Of a stretch of 64,000 nt of DNA, positions 1-9,727 are shown piece after piece. The translations under genes were made by a program, and so were the position numbers. Source of the DNA: a virus. How positions within the stretch are numbered: the first letter of the stretch is position 1; each line of letters starts with the position of its first letter. The stretch covers positions 47,052 to 111,051 of the IMG/VR virus record IMGVR_UViG_3300021091_000027; one strand, written 5' to 3'. The notes below the pieces were generated by a model. That model was not told the DNA's origin. It worked only from the letters and a program-made list of their open reading frames with translations, and searched no databases.

Positions 1-482
1 ATGAGGATCCATGTAATAATCCGGACGAAGCGGAACATTTGCTAGTTCCAGCGGGAGGAGTGGAAAAGTCCATAACAATACGGCCTAATAAAAGTTCGGT
101 TAATCCATGCGATTCAATACAGCCTAGCACAATAGCTCAATCTGTAAATGAAGAAAATAATATTTTATTTAATTTAAACTTACCTCAAGTAACCTATGGT
201 ACCGGCCAGGTAACGATCACCTATAAATCCTTGACAGATGCAGGCTGGCAAGAGTTTTCCTCGTCTACTGTTAATATAAGTACCGGAAACGCAGGAACTC
301 AGACAATTTCTTTAGGAGGCCTTCCAGAGAACTTAGGAAGTGGAAATCACCAGGTATTGATATCCTATGTACCTGAAGCTGGTGCTAGGCTGTACACAAA
401 GTGCGTGAGATCAGACGATTCAAATGATGTGGCGGAAATACCTGTAGCTCCATTTCAGGTAGGCAAAGCCTTTAATTTGTAA
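1..482 (+). CDS. Hypothetical virion structural protein, 5'-truncated at the window edge
   Basis: Frame is open from position 3 (EDPCNNPDEAEHLLVP...) to TAA at 480-482; beta-rich composition; leads into a tightly packed structural-looking operon. Confidence 0.55.
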   Translation, partial: EDPCNNPDEAEHLLVPAGGVEKSITIRPNKSSVNPCDSIQPSTIAQSVNEENNILFNLNLPQVTYGTGQVTITYKSLTDAGWQEFSSSTVNISTGNAGTQTISLGGLPENLGSGNHQVLISYVPEAGARLYTKCVRSDDSNDVAEIPVAPFQVGKAFNL

Positions 483-490
483 GGAATCAT

Positions 491-2050
491 ATGAGAGTAG
501 TAACCAGAGATTTTCTAAACGATAACGAGTTTAAATCGTATCCTATAGATATAAGGGCTACCTACGAGCCCTATTACTCTACTGATAAAGTCTCCAGCAT
601 AAATTGTCTCCTTACGGATATGTCTATAACTATTCCGGAAAGTGCAGCGGCTTGCATATTTATAGCAAACATTTCAATAACCCGATCTCTAATATCTATG
701 ACTATAATGGGATCTAAGTCTCATCCCTTTTCCGATAATGCGCCGGATGCCGACGACTACTCCTTGGAGTACTCCATGCTTGGATCCTACGTTGTCGCCA
801 CTGTAGAAACTCGTAGACAAACAAATATGAATGGGGTTACCGTTGCTATATCTCCAAAAATTCCAGGAGTCGGTGGATGGATAACCTTTGGATCTGGGGC
901 CTCTAAGGAAGGCGTTTGGATATTTCAAGGGCCTAGCAGTTCTATGATTTCAGATTTTTGCATAACCAAATACTCCTATGGAGGTGTGACCACTATTGGA
1001 AGATTGGGGTATGACACAGTTTTGGATGGCAGAGTCGAAATGACTGGGCAAAACGGAATTGAAATACAGCCGGATTCCGATAAGAATGAAATAATAATAC
1101 GGTTCTCTGGAACATCCAACGAAATAAAACAATCCTTGAGACAATATTCAGGTGCATGTGGCGGCAGACCTGAATCTGAAACGTGCAGTTTCAGCCCCAT
1201 AAAAACTATAAATGGGATAAGACCAGAAGGATTAAATTCTGAGATAGTGCTGGTATTGGATCGTCCACTTTATGCAACCATAACTAACCAGCAGACTGAA
1301 AGAGAGAATTTCAAGATATCCTCGGATATTCCATTGGAATCTTTCTGCAAGGGCAGAATATCCATACCTGAAAGTTGTGCCTCCTCTCAAAGTCTTACAA
1401 ATATTTTAAAGCAGGCATTCAACGAGACTACAAGTCAGATAGTCCCCGATCCATCCATAAAATTGGTATTTGAGGTTCATAGCACAGGGGCACATGTCTT
1501 TACTATATTCAATTATAGCCATCAAAATCCATTGAATGCAGGACAAGCCATATTCAAGTCTAATGGCAGCGTCAATGTGTTGGGGGAGTCGCTGAATGAG
1601 TTGGTTATTGACATGGCTCTTGGAGAGTGGCAAATGTATGGGGTGTCCGGAGTAAGCATGACTTTATTCGGATCCCTACTGAATAATCTAAGAGCTTTCA
1701 AAGAAATTACATATCAGGGGATTACATATCAGGTGTATATTGGCATAGCTACGGTCTATGATCTGCAGGAAGTGTATGCCGTGGATGTAATTATATCTGC
1801 CCCAGACTCATTTGAGGAGGCTGGAAAATATGTTCGTATAGCACATTCTAGATATGTGCATTCAAATAATCCAGAATACTCCCTTGAATTGAGAGGAACT
1901 GGAAATTCTTGGATACTGTCTAAAAATGGAATGTTGTTAGGGGCTGGAACGCTAGATGACCAAGGATTCGATTCTAAAGTTCAGTCATACGTTCGTACCA
2001 ATGGCGAGTCTGCGATAAGAAGTTTGGCTATTAGGAAGGCTGCAGAATGA
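491..2050 (+). CDS. Putative tail/baseplate structural protein (paralogue 1)
   Basis: 519 aa; AAGGA RBS; N-terminal NEFKSYPI and internal IKTINGIRPEG motifs resemble motifs in the next two ORFs. Confidence 0.5.
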   Translation: MRVVTRDFLNDNEFKSYPIDIRATYEPYYSTDKVSSINCLLTDMSITIPESAAACIFIANISITRSLISMTIMGSKSHPFSDNAPDADDYSLEYSMLGSYVVATVETRRQTNMNGVTVAISPKIPGVGGWITFGSGASKEGVWIFQGPSSSMISDFCITKYSYGGVTTIGRLGYDTVLDGRVEMTGQNGIEIQPDSDKNEIIIRFSGTSNEIKQSLRQYSGACGGRPESETCSFSPIKTINGIRPEGLNSEIVLVLDRPLYATITNQQTERENFKISSDIPLESFCKGRISIPESCASSQSLTNILKQAFNETTSQIVPDPSIKLVFEVHSTGAHVFTIFNYSHQNPLNAGQAIFKSNGSVNVLGESLNELVIDMALGEWQMYGVSGVSMTLFGSLLNNLRAFKEITYQGITYQVYIGIATVYDLQEVYAVDVIISAPDSFEEAGKYVRIAHSRYVHSNNPEYSLELRGTGNSWILSKNGMLLGAGTLDDQGFDSKVQSYVRTNGESAIRSLAIRKAAE

Positions 2051-2922
2051 ATTCATTAAATAACTTAGGGTGGAGAAACCTTAATTCAATGAGGAATTAC
2101 CCTTTCACCGATTCCTCAACTTTATCTATGAATAGTTTATTTCTGCCCCAAACATGGATACTGGATGCTAGAGTTTATTGCAACAACTCTTATGAAGCAA
2201 CGGAGACTCCATATATATCTAAGATTATAAAGACAGAGCTATTAATATCATTAGTTATATCTTCATCAAATGGCGAAGAGATCGGAGAAGCCAAAGTATT
2301 CTTAAATAAGACTGATGACTCAATTAAAATCGCAGATTCAAAAGGATTTACAAATGGATGTATAGTTATAGATCCAAATAGTACAGCTTTGGCTCAAGCC
2401 TTGCCTGATGGTGAAACCGAATTAGTTCCATCAGTAGCTAGATTTTTACCACATGTATGTCAATACTTGCCAGGTCCGCAAGTTCAAAGTATAAATGGAA
2501 AACATGGAAATATTGAATTAGTAGCAGAAGTTGGAGTAAAGCTTACTGCTGTTTCACATGAGAGCAGCTCATCCACCGAACATACGAGCACTATAAGAAT
2601 AGATTTGATAGGAGATCCTCATTTTACTAGATATAACTGTATAACAGGCGCAAACGATCAGACAGATGACATATTTGAGTTAAGTTCAAGATTTTTGAAG
2701 AGATTAAAAGTTTTGCATTATGTAAAAAGTCCAAGTACCGGACAAATTACTGGGCCGTATAAAAGTTCGCTAAAGAGGAAAAAGAACGGATCGATAATGC
2801 TGGCTCTATCCACTCCATTGAGCGATCCTAGCGGTACTACTGTTGAAATAAGAGAAGCAAGACCTTCTTTTAGAATTCAAGTATCAGATAACAAAATAAC
2901 TCTAAATTTAGCAGGTGCATAA
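2047..2922 (+). CDS. Putative tail/baseplate structural protein (paralogue 2)
   Basis: 291 aa; ATGA overlap with the upstream gene; NSMRNYPF and VQSINGKHGNIEL motifs. Confidence 0.5.
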   Translation: MNSLNNLGWRNLNSMRNYPFTDSSTLSMNSLFLPQTWILDARVYCNNSYEATETPYISKIIKTELLISLVISSSNGEEIGEAKVFLNKTDDSIKIADSKGFTNGCIVIDPNSTALAQALPDGETELVPSVARFLPHVCQYLPGPQVQSINGKHGNIELVAEVGVKLTAVSHESSSSTEHTSTIRIDLIGDPHFTRYNCITGANDQTDDIFELSSRFLKRLKVLHYVKSPSTGQITGPYKSSLKRKKNGSIMLALSTPLSDPSGTTVEIREARPSFRIQVSDNKITLNLAGA

Positions 2923-3893
2923 TGTATGAATATTTTAAGACAGTAAGCTATCCATTAAAGGAATTTAACTCGGATTACTTTTCGGAGAATCAAAATGATG
3001 CTATAAAATCTACGATAGTAGATTTTGGCATCAATATATACGGTTTATCGCCAGAACTTGAAAATCTTATAATTGGGACACCTAGGATATTTTTAACAGA
3101 AATTGGATCCTCCGACTCCTATTCTTTAATACTTAAATTACAATTAATGATAACAATCGACGACTTAGACTTCTCTTTAGCTGGCGGGGACTTATCAGTT
3201 TCTACAGATACTCACCCAGCAAATGAAGAATTTATTAGAGTTTATTTTGATAGTGAGGACTTTGAATCGCCCGGCTTTATTATTGATGGATTTCTGTGCT
3301 TAAATAATTACTCAAAATTAATTAGAGTATTAGATGGAACAATCTTTAATCCTCCAAATATGGAATTTGAGCCTACAACTATAAATTTCTTTTCTAGGCA
3401 TAGGGTAAATAGTATAACTTGTAAAAACTCAAAGCCTCTAATAATGCAAAAAGCTAATGAGCTGATACACCAACCTCCACAGGATCCGGTATTTGGAGAT
3501 ATAAAGCTAGTGCCCGGAAATAATTGCACTATATCTGTGCGACCTCAAACTAATACAGTAATTATAGGGGCAGTTTTAAATGCTAATGACACCCCCGAAG
3601 AAATCTGCGGAGTGTGGAAAGATAAAATTTCAGGTACAGGTTCAAAAGATTTACTTTGTAGTGAAGTTGTGTATTCTATAGCTGGCGCAAAGCCAGATAA
3701 TTTTGGCAATATTGAAATACAGGCAAATACGCCTCTTAGTGTTAACGCTTTAGTAAAAGATGATTTACCAACTCCATTTAAAACTTTTATAAACGGATCT
3801 AGTTCAGAGTTTTCCCCTATAATACACTATATATACATAGGGCTCCCCCAATCTAATGGGAATTCAAGTGTATTTGATTGTCAAACGGAGTAA
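2922..3893 (+). CDS. Putative tail/baseplate structural protein (paralogue 3)
   Basis: 323 aa; TAATG coupling; VSYPL, GDIKLVPGNN and VYSIAGAKPDNFGNIEI motifs. Confidence 0.5.
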   Translation: MYEYFKTVSYPLKEFNSDYFSENQNDAIKSTIVDFGINIYGLSPELENLIIGTPRIFLTEIGSSDSYSLILKLQLMITIDDLDFSLAGGDLSVSTDTHPANEEFIRVYFDSEDFESPGFIIDGFLCLNNYSKLIRVLDGTIFNPPNMEFEPTTINFFSRHRVNSITCKNSKPLIMQKANELIHQPPQDPVFGDIKLVPGNNCTISVRPQTNTVIIGAVLNANDTPEEICGVWKDKISGTGSKDLLCSEVVYSIAGAKPDNFGNIEIQANTPLSVNALVKDDLPTPFKTFINGSSSEFSPIIHYIYIGLPQSNGNSSVFDCQTE

Positions 3894-3902
3894 CTAGTTC
3901 CA

Positions 3903-5105
3903 ATGCCACTAGCTCTAGACTCATGCGTACCAATTAATCCAGTAGTATCTGGGACAACCTGCGTGACTAACGGAGAAGTAAGTTGCGACACTGGAATTAT
4001 TCCAATTAAAAAATGTGGACCCGATCCTAACAATCCTACAGCAGAAATAAAATGCGTAAATGACATAGTCAGAAGACCTTGGCCTACTCCGCCACCTGCT
4101 GAAATAGGCTGCAATCCTCTAACGGTAAATATTGAAAATACAGTACCAGACGAAGACGACCCCGATCAGACAATGAGGTTGGAGGGTAGCGTCGGTTATA
4201 TATCTGGGGATGCCTGTTTGCCAAAGGTTAATCTAAAGCTAGTGGCTCCGCCCAGCATACTTATTGGGGGCGGATCTCCGAACGTATACGGATCAGGATA
4301 CAATCTAAATGGGATTTGTCATCCAGTAGGGCCAACAAGTGAAGCTGAATTTAAGACTCCTCAGCAGTTTTTGGGTAATGAAAGAAATGCTCACTTGTTT
4401 ACGCCCACTAGCAACTTTCAAGAAGCTCAAAGCCGTTGTCAAGATTCATGCGATAGAAGAAGCCGATATGGAGCCAGTGCGGCAAGGTTTAATATTATTG
4501 GACCTTTCTTAGCATCAATAACTTCACGTCAGGCTATCGGGCAAACAACAATACCTTATACAAATGAAAACGGGGAATCAGTAACTGAGGTCGTAGTTTT
4601 TGCCTGGAGGTATGGCTTCAATGCCGAGCAATGCGTAATTGCAGGAAACGCATGTCAATATCCTTGTGCACCTACAAATAGCTGGGCACAATATCCTAGT
4701 GATCTTGAGTACATGCTGGCATTTAATATAAAAGAAAATTTGGAAAATCCCTACAGCTCTGGAGATAAGATATACGGAGTGGGGGTCAATCTCAGCGACA
4801 TGCTTAGTAAAGGATACAGACCTCAACCAATAATGTTAGGGGCAATGGTTATGGTGTATGGCTATATAAGTTGGGGCACAAGTATTGAATATCAGAGCAG
4901 CGGATCAGGAACTACATCTGAGGCAGATCCAACTACCTGCGACTGTCCAGTGGTGTGGTTTATAGATGAACAGAATGCTTTTGATGGACAATGCCGAGAA
5001 AGCGAAACTTCTGATGCTGTCCAAGCACTATCTAATCTACCTCAAAGAAACGTAACTTCTGCAGGTATGTTCTTCGGAGTAAACGACAATGCCAATAGAG
5101 TTTAA
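3903..5105 (+). CDS. Cys/Pro-rich hypothetical structural protein
   Basis: 400-aa ORF in the same operon; many Cys and Pro residues. Confidence 0.5.
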   Translation: MPLALDSCVPINPVVSGTTCVTNGEVSCDTGIIPIKKCGPDPNNPTAEIKCVNDIVRRPWPTPPPAEIGCNPLTVNIENTVPDEDDPDQTMRLEGSVGYISGDACLPKVNLKLVAPPSILIGGGSPNVYGSGYNLNGICHPVGPTSEAEFKTPQQFLGNERNAHLFTPTSNFQEAQSRCQDSCDRRSRYGASAARFNIIGPFLASITSRQAIGQTTIPYTNENGESVTEVVVFAWRYGFNAEQCVIAGNACQYPCAPTNSWAQYPSDLEYMLAFNIKENLENPYSSGDKIYGVGVNLSDMLSKGYRPQPIMLGAMVMVYGYISWGTSIEYQSSGSGTTSEADPTTCDCPVVWFIDEQNAFDGQCRESETSDAVQALSNLPQRNVTSAGMFFGVNDNANRV

Positions 5106-5523
5106 AAGTGTTGTACATAGACACTCAATTCAAACTGGAATAGTTCCCAGTTCAACAGAGCTATATCCTGGCGAATTGGCACTTAATTTAATTGATCAAA
5201 AGTTATTTACTATGGGCGTCGGCGGAAACATAATAGATCTTACGTCGGCTAATTCGATGTTTTCTTTTTCCGGCGTTACAGCAGGAGCTGTGCTCATATA
5301 TGACTCTGCTTCAAGTAGATTCATTTCAGAAGGCGGAGCAAGCTATATAAGAGCCGTAGCCGATGTACCAGCTAGAGACGCTATACTTCCTGAAAGAAGA
5401 CAGGTAGGAATGTTGGTGTATGTCGTAGATGTCGGTAAATACTATACTCTTACAGATGGAATACTTAATACTGATTGGGTAGAGTTTGACGGAGTGCTAA
5501 CAATGGATGGAGGGGTGTACTGA
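5089..5523 (+). CDS. Tail-fibre-associated protein
   Basis: PSSTELYPGELALNLIDQKLF and ARDAI..RRQVGMLVYV..KYY motifs typical of phage tail-fibre modules; C-terminal DGGxY. Confidence 0.5.
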   Translation: MPIEFKSVVHRHSIQTGIVPSSTELYPGELALNLIDQKLFTMGVGGNIIDLTSANSMFSFSGVTAGAVLIYDSASSRFISEGGASYIRAVADVPARDAILPERRQVGMLVYVVDVGKYYTLTDGILNTDWVEFDGVLTMDGGVY

Positions 5524-5933
5524 TGGCAAGATTTTCTATAAGCTTTGCAACAAATGTCATGTATGAGGCTGACAAAGATCCTGTATACAGGGTGAGGGTA
5601 TCCACTGGGCTGCAGGAGCCTGCAAACTTTTCCGCAATTGATTCAAATTTATTGGTTATAAGTAGAAATAAAAATAGCGATAGCGACTACGTAGATACGT
5701 TTTACGGAATAATTAAGCCTTCCGACTTTGCGGCAATGAGTAAAAACAAACCTAAGCCTGGAGTAAATTTCTACAGGGCTGCTGAATGGAATTTAATATT
5801 CTATAATTTAAAAACCATGAATGAAGCAATTACTCTAATGAAAAAGCAGATTGATATACTGGCAGAGGACATGACGGTTTTCTTTAGAGAGCAAAATAAT
5901 CGCTACGAAACACACATATCGACCTCATTTTAA
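5523..5933 (+). CDS. Hypothetical protein
   Basis: 136-aa ORF, translationally coupled (TGATG). Confidence 0.6.
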   Translation: MARFSISFATNVMYEADKDPVYRVRVSTGLQEPANFSAIDSNLLVISRNKNSDSDYVDTFYGIIKPSDFAAMSKNKPKPGVNFYRAAEWNLIFYNLKTMNEAITLMKKQIDILAEDMTVFFREQNNRYETHISTSF

Positions 5934-5945
5934 TAGGGTATTTTC

Positions 5946-6233
5946 ATGGAAAAAAAATTTGCAATGACGTACGCTACCATAAACGCTCTTCTTAATAACG
6001 AAGAGGTAAGACAGATAAGCCCCTTGATTAAAAATGCTTATGATGTTGTAAACTCAGATATAACATCATCTGGGTGTTCATCTTGTGCTAAAAGAAAGAA
6101 GCTGAATGATGCTGCAATTTCGCTTTTAAGCCAACTTCAAAGCGCCTCAGACATGGAGTTAGATAGAATAAAGAAAGCCCTAGGTGTAGATAAACTAGTG
6201 TTTGCAAGTGGGTTTAAGGCTATCGAGCGGTGA
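5946..6233 (+). CDS. Hypothetical protein with a CxxC motif (GCSSCAKRKK)
   Basis: 95-aa ORF in the operon. Confidence 0.6.
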   Translation: MEKKFAMTYATINALLNNEEVRQISPLIKNAYDVVNSDITSSGCSSCAKRKKLNDAAISLLSQLQSASDMELDRIKKALGVDKLVFASGFKAIER

Positions 6234-7267
6234 TGTCGACCAATCCAGCTATACCTTGTTGCTGCATAAGTCCTAAATTTGTATGCTGCAAAACATACGC
6301 TGTAGCTTTAACTTGCCCTGTGGAACAGATAGGGGATGATTGCGATGTAATTTCAGGGGTTCCTCCAGAAGTTAAATGCGAGTATGAATATAAAATAGTT
6401 TCATGTGTGGATAGTGAGGAGGAGTGTGTATGTGAGGAAATATCTGAACAAGAGGTGACAGGTACTGGAGGATTCGGCAGCGGTGGCGGCGGCGGTGGAA
6501 TGGGCGGTAGCTCTGGAGGCCTCCCACCAGGACATACAATATCTGCATGCATATCAGCTGTATTTCATAATATAAAGTGTGAAAATAATCAACCTCCTAA
6601 CGACAGGGAGATTTGCAAGAACGACAAAAATAGACCGTGTTGCAAAAAAGAATGCGGCCCGTGTGGACCTATGGCCGCCGGATGCGCAGATGACTGCCCT
6701 CCTCCAAATTGCGAAGAACAGGAGTGTTGTGAGCCTCCGCCTCCTACGCTATGCTGCTGCTCTACTATTGAAGGGGGCGAATGCTCAGTTAAAACTTGCG
6801 GTCCATGCCCTCCTGATCCCATTCCTCCAAACTGTTATCAGGTCCCTGCCTGCGATCAGTGTACAGATGGGCCAGATGACTGTACTTTTTACCAATCAGC
6901 CTTATGTTGTCCAACCGAGTTCTGCTGTTGCAACCCGGAGGCGACCTGCGACTGCTGCGACGGCAGCATCCCTGCCTGCTGCGAATGCGAGGAGCCCGGC
7001 TGCGTGCGTTTCAAGTGCATATGTCCGTGTGGTTCAGGCCCACCGTCAGGTCCGCCTCTTTGTATGGGATGTGGTCAACCTACGGCAAACCCAGCGGGTT
7101 GTTTGGCGTTGGGGCTCCAGACCGAAATGCAACATCCCGGAAATAAATTTGAGGATAACTTTGGTACCTTCGTAGAAAACAGTATTGAGAAGGGATTGAT
7201 AAAAACTAAGACTGATGTTAAGCTGAACACCTTGTTTCTATTTGGCTATGGATATAAAAATCTATGA
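6230..7267 (+). CDS. Extremely Cys-rich protein
   Basis: About 51 Cys in 345 aa by manual count; CC/CCC clusters, a Gly linker and Pro runs; overlaps both neighbours by 4 nt. Confidence 0.7.
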   Translation: MMSTNPAIPCCCISPKFVCCKTYAVALTCPVEQIGDDCDVISGVPPEVKCEYEYKIVSCVDSEEECVCEEISEQEVTGTGGFGSGGGGGGMGGSSGGLPPGHTISACISAVFHNIKCENNQPPNDREICKNDKNRPCCKKECGPCGPMAAGCADDCPPPNCEEQECCEPPPPTLCCCSTIEGGECSVKTCGPCPPDPIPPNCYQVPACDQCTDGPDDCTFYQSALCCPTEFCCCNPEATCDCCDGSIPACCECEEPGCVRFKCICPCGSGPPSGPPLCMGCGQPTANPAGCLALGLQTEMQHPGNKFEDNFGTFVENSIEKGLIKTKTDVKLNTLFLFGYGYKNL

Positions 7268-8196
7268 GAGCAATTCATTCATATAAGTTTGATAAGTTAA
7301 GACCGCTATTAGAATCTATTGGCGGGGCGTCAGTGGTAAAGCCAATTATAACCATGATGGCGCTTTCGGCAGTCAGTATACGCAAACATCATGATGACTT
7401 TGTCCTGATTACAGACGATATTGGAGCTGAACTTGCTAAAGCATGTAGTTTGCCTTACTCAAAGGTCGTTTCAGTTGGTTATGAGTTTGGTTCGCACGAA
7501 TGTTTCTGGATTCACAGTAAGCTGCACACCTACGCAACAATAGATTGCCCATTTGTTCACTACGATATCGATTTATTTTTGTGGGATCCGCTTCCAAAAG
7601 AATTTTTAGATAACGATATATTTAACTTTTACTCAGAGGCCCACGTTTGGCCTAGATATGAACAGATCCTTGAAAATTTCATTGCCTCAGGTGTAAAGGT
7701 TCCACTTTACGATAAACTATACCCTGAGAATAAATCTCCATTAAATATGGCGATATTTGGAGGGCACGACATAAAAACCATTAAATCCTGTGGTCAAGAA
7801 CTTTTAGATTTAATGGAAACTAATGATAGATTTTATAACAAGTCAGATGAGATAGTATACGCAATAGAAAATGGAATTTCCTATATAGAACAAGCGCTAA
7901 GTTCTTACATACTTCAGAGCAAACATAGAAAAAGAGTAGTGCCACTTCTAAAAGAGCATCAGGTATTATCCGGAAAAACCGTTCCAGGGATTAAGGTAAC
8001 GCACTTGCACTCCTTGAAACAAGTAGCACAAGCCCAAGGAAAAATTAATGAATTACAAGCAAAACTTGACAGTAAGTTGAAATATCTGGCTCCAGACGTA
8101 CACTCTGCCGTAGCAAAGTTTACTAAAGTTAAAGTTAATATAGATGACATGATAAAGGAGGCAAACTTAAATGATTCGAATCTCACCAATAAATAA
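7264..8196 (+). CDS. Glycosyltransferase-like protein (GT-A fold, DUF6734-like)
   Basis: LITDDIG, FWIHSKLHTY, PFVHYDIDLFLW (DxD motif), NMAIFGG and IEQ motifs. Confidence 0.6.
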   Translation: MRAIHSYKFDKLRPLLESIGGASVVKPIITMMALSAVSIRKHHDDFVLITDDIGAELAKACSLPYSKVVSVGYEFGSHECFWIHSKLHTYATIDCPFVHYDIDLFLWDPLPKEFLDNDIFNFYSEAHVWPRYEQILENFIASGVKVPLYDKLYPENKSPLNMAIFGGHDIKTIKSCGQELLDLMETNDRFYNKSDEIVYAIENGISYIEQALSSYILQSKHRKRVVPLLKEHQVLSGKTVPGIKVTHLHSLKQVAQAQGKINELQAKLDSKLKYLAPDVHSAVAKFTKVKVNIDDMIKEANLNDSNLTNK

Positions 8197-8446
8197 ACAT
8201 GAACAGATTCAAGACGAGGGTCTCAGAGTATATATAGAGGGGGTTGCTCCATTGGCTCTCACCTCGCCAGAGGCTCAAAGGATGGTATTTAATTACGTAA
8301 AAGAAGCAGGTCTGAAAGAATATGGAATGAATAAGTTTGTAGCTATGGAGTCACGTAATCTCAGCAATAATGATTTATATCCTTATAAAGGATATTGGCT
8401 AATGCTTCCAAATCAGTGGAATCAAAAGAAGACAGTTAAAGTATGA
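8171..8446 (+). CDS. Hypothetical protein
   Basis: 91 aa; AGGAGG RBS. Confidence 0.6.
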   Translation: MIRISPINKHEQIQDEGLRVYIEGVAPLALTSPEAQRMVFNYVKEAGLKEYGMNKFVAMESRNLSNNDLYPYKGYWLMLPNQWNQKKTVKV

Positions 8447-8733
8447 GTACCACTTTAACCAACGCTGAACAAAAGATATTTGTACGGAAAAGCGAGTTCG
8501 CAGATAAACTAATACCCATATGTGAAGCCTTAAAGTTAGCAGGATTCGAAATTGCAACAATTGCAGATATTATGGAAAATCTGCAAAACGAAAAAGAACT
8601 TCCTGCTAAGTTTTCAATCATAAATAATAGATATCTCGTGTATAAGAAGGATTTGGTATACGATTTATATAAATCGACTGCAATTGAGCAGCCGGATGAA
8701 CAGAAAAGAATGGCGATTATATTTTGGATTTAG
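8443..8733 (+). CDS. Hypothetical protein
   Basis: 96 aa; ATGA overlap. Confidence 0.6.
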   Translation: MSTTLTNAEQKIFVRKSEFADKLIPICEALKLAGFEIATIADIMENLQNEKELPAKFSIINNRYLVYKKDLVYDLYKSTAIEQPDEQKRMAIIFWI

Positions 8734-8734
8734 C

Positions 8735-9043
8735 ATGGAAGTAAAGCTGCGCAACAATACTTGGAAAATAGTTAAAATGGATTTAGGGCCCTCTATAAGA
8801 GGAGAAATAGATCCACCGAGCTATGTAAATAAAAGCATAAGAATTTCAACTAGGCTTAGAAAAAGTCAGGAGATTTTGGAGGTACTTCTTCATGAATGCC
8901 TGCACGGATGCTTTTGGGACATAGACGAGGAAGCTGTGGAAAGAGCGGCTTTCGATATCTCTAGAGCACTTTACAAACTAGGTGCAAGAGTAGACGCAAG
9001 CAAGCTATCTAAGAAAATAACAAATACTACTAGGGGCTCTTAA
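8735..9043 (+). CDS. Small HExxH zincin-like metallopeptidase domain protein
   Basis: EVLLHECLHG...DEE motif; the likely start is ATG 8735 (MEVKLR). Confidence 0.6.
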   Translation: MEVKLRNNTWKIVKMDLGPSIRGEIDPPSYVNKSIRISTRLRKSQEILEVLLHECLHGCFWDIDEEAVERAAFDISRALYKLGARVDASKLSKKITNTTRGS

Positions 9044-9095
9044 GGGCAAGCTAAGGCGGATGATTCGCCTTCCCCCCAATAAACGCCCCATACGT

Positions 9096-9131
9096 AACAA
9101 AACCCAGGGTTCATGGGCCCTGGGTTTTGTT
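9096..9131. terminator. Bidirectional intrinsic terminator
   Basis: AACAAAACCCAGGGTTC/GGGCCCTGGGTTTTGTT inverted repeat between convergent gene blocks. Confidence 0.75.
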
Positions 9132-9151
9132 TTAATATGTCTATTAAGTTT

Positions 9152-9727
9152 TTAGAGTAAACCTTTTTGAATTAGCCTTCTTTGAAAATCTCTTGCCAGC
9201 TGTTGTTTAAGCTCTGGGTCGGAGAACACCTCTACATCACCTAGATCTGCTCCAACCGGCAGGTTTTGCATCAAGTTTTCAATTTCCTTATTCTTTCTTA
9301 CTTTCTTACCATAGCCGTACATTGCTCCAGCGCCGCCTCCCAGTAGAGCGCCTATAGCTGCGCCAAGTGGAGCATTAGAGCCTCTTAAAGCTCCGACGCT
9401 TCCGCCTAATCCTCCGCCCAATAAAGCTCCCAAGGCTCCTGCGCCCAAGCCTGCCCACGATGGACTGGATAGGCCTGAAGATACTGGGTCTGCTGGGGTG
9501 CTAAATAACATTGGCAAAATCTTGGCTTTAGCTTTGTCTATTTCATCAATTTCGTCTTTAGTAAAGTATCTTTTGCAACCAAATCCGGGGGTGCACTTGA
9601 TAGGAACATCTACTATGGATTCTGAAGATGAGATTTCGGCTTTTTTCTCGGAGATGTCCGCACAGCTTTCTTTAAGCCATCTTCTTAGATCTGCCTTCTT
9701 TAAATTAATGTATGCATCAAGATTCAT
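9152..9727 (-). CDS. Glycine-zipper protein (putative virion internal/ejection protein)
   Basis: GLGAGALGALLGGGLGG and GAAIGALLGGGAGA glycine zippers; KKAD and KKAE motifs. Confidence 0.55.
   Translation of the reverse strand: MNLDAYINLKKADLRRWLKESCADISEKKAEISSSESIVDVPIKCTPGFGCKRYFTKDEIDEIDKAKAKILPMLFSTPADPVSSGLSSPSWAGLGAGALGALLGGGLGGSVGALRGSNAPLGAAIGALLGGGAGAMYGYGKKVRKNKEIENLMQNLPVGADLGDVEVFSDPELKQQLARDFQRRLIQKGLL

Noticed and set aside
6579-7175. 198-aa alternative-frame ORF inside the Cys-rich gene
   Set aside because: TTG start with no clear RBS; the open frame is explained by the GC-rich, low-complexity Cys/Pro codons
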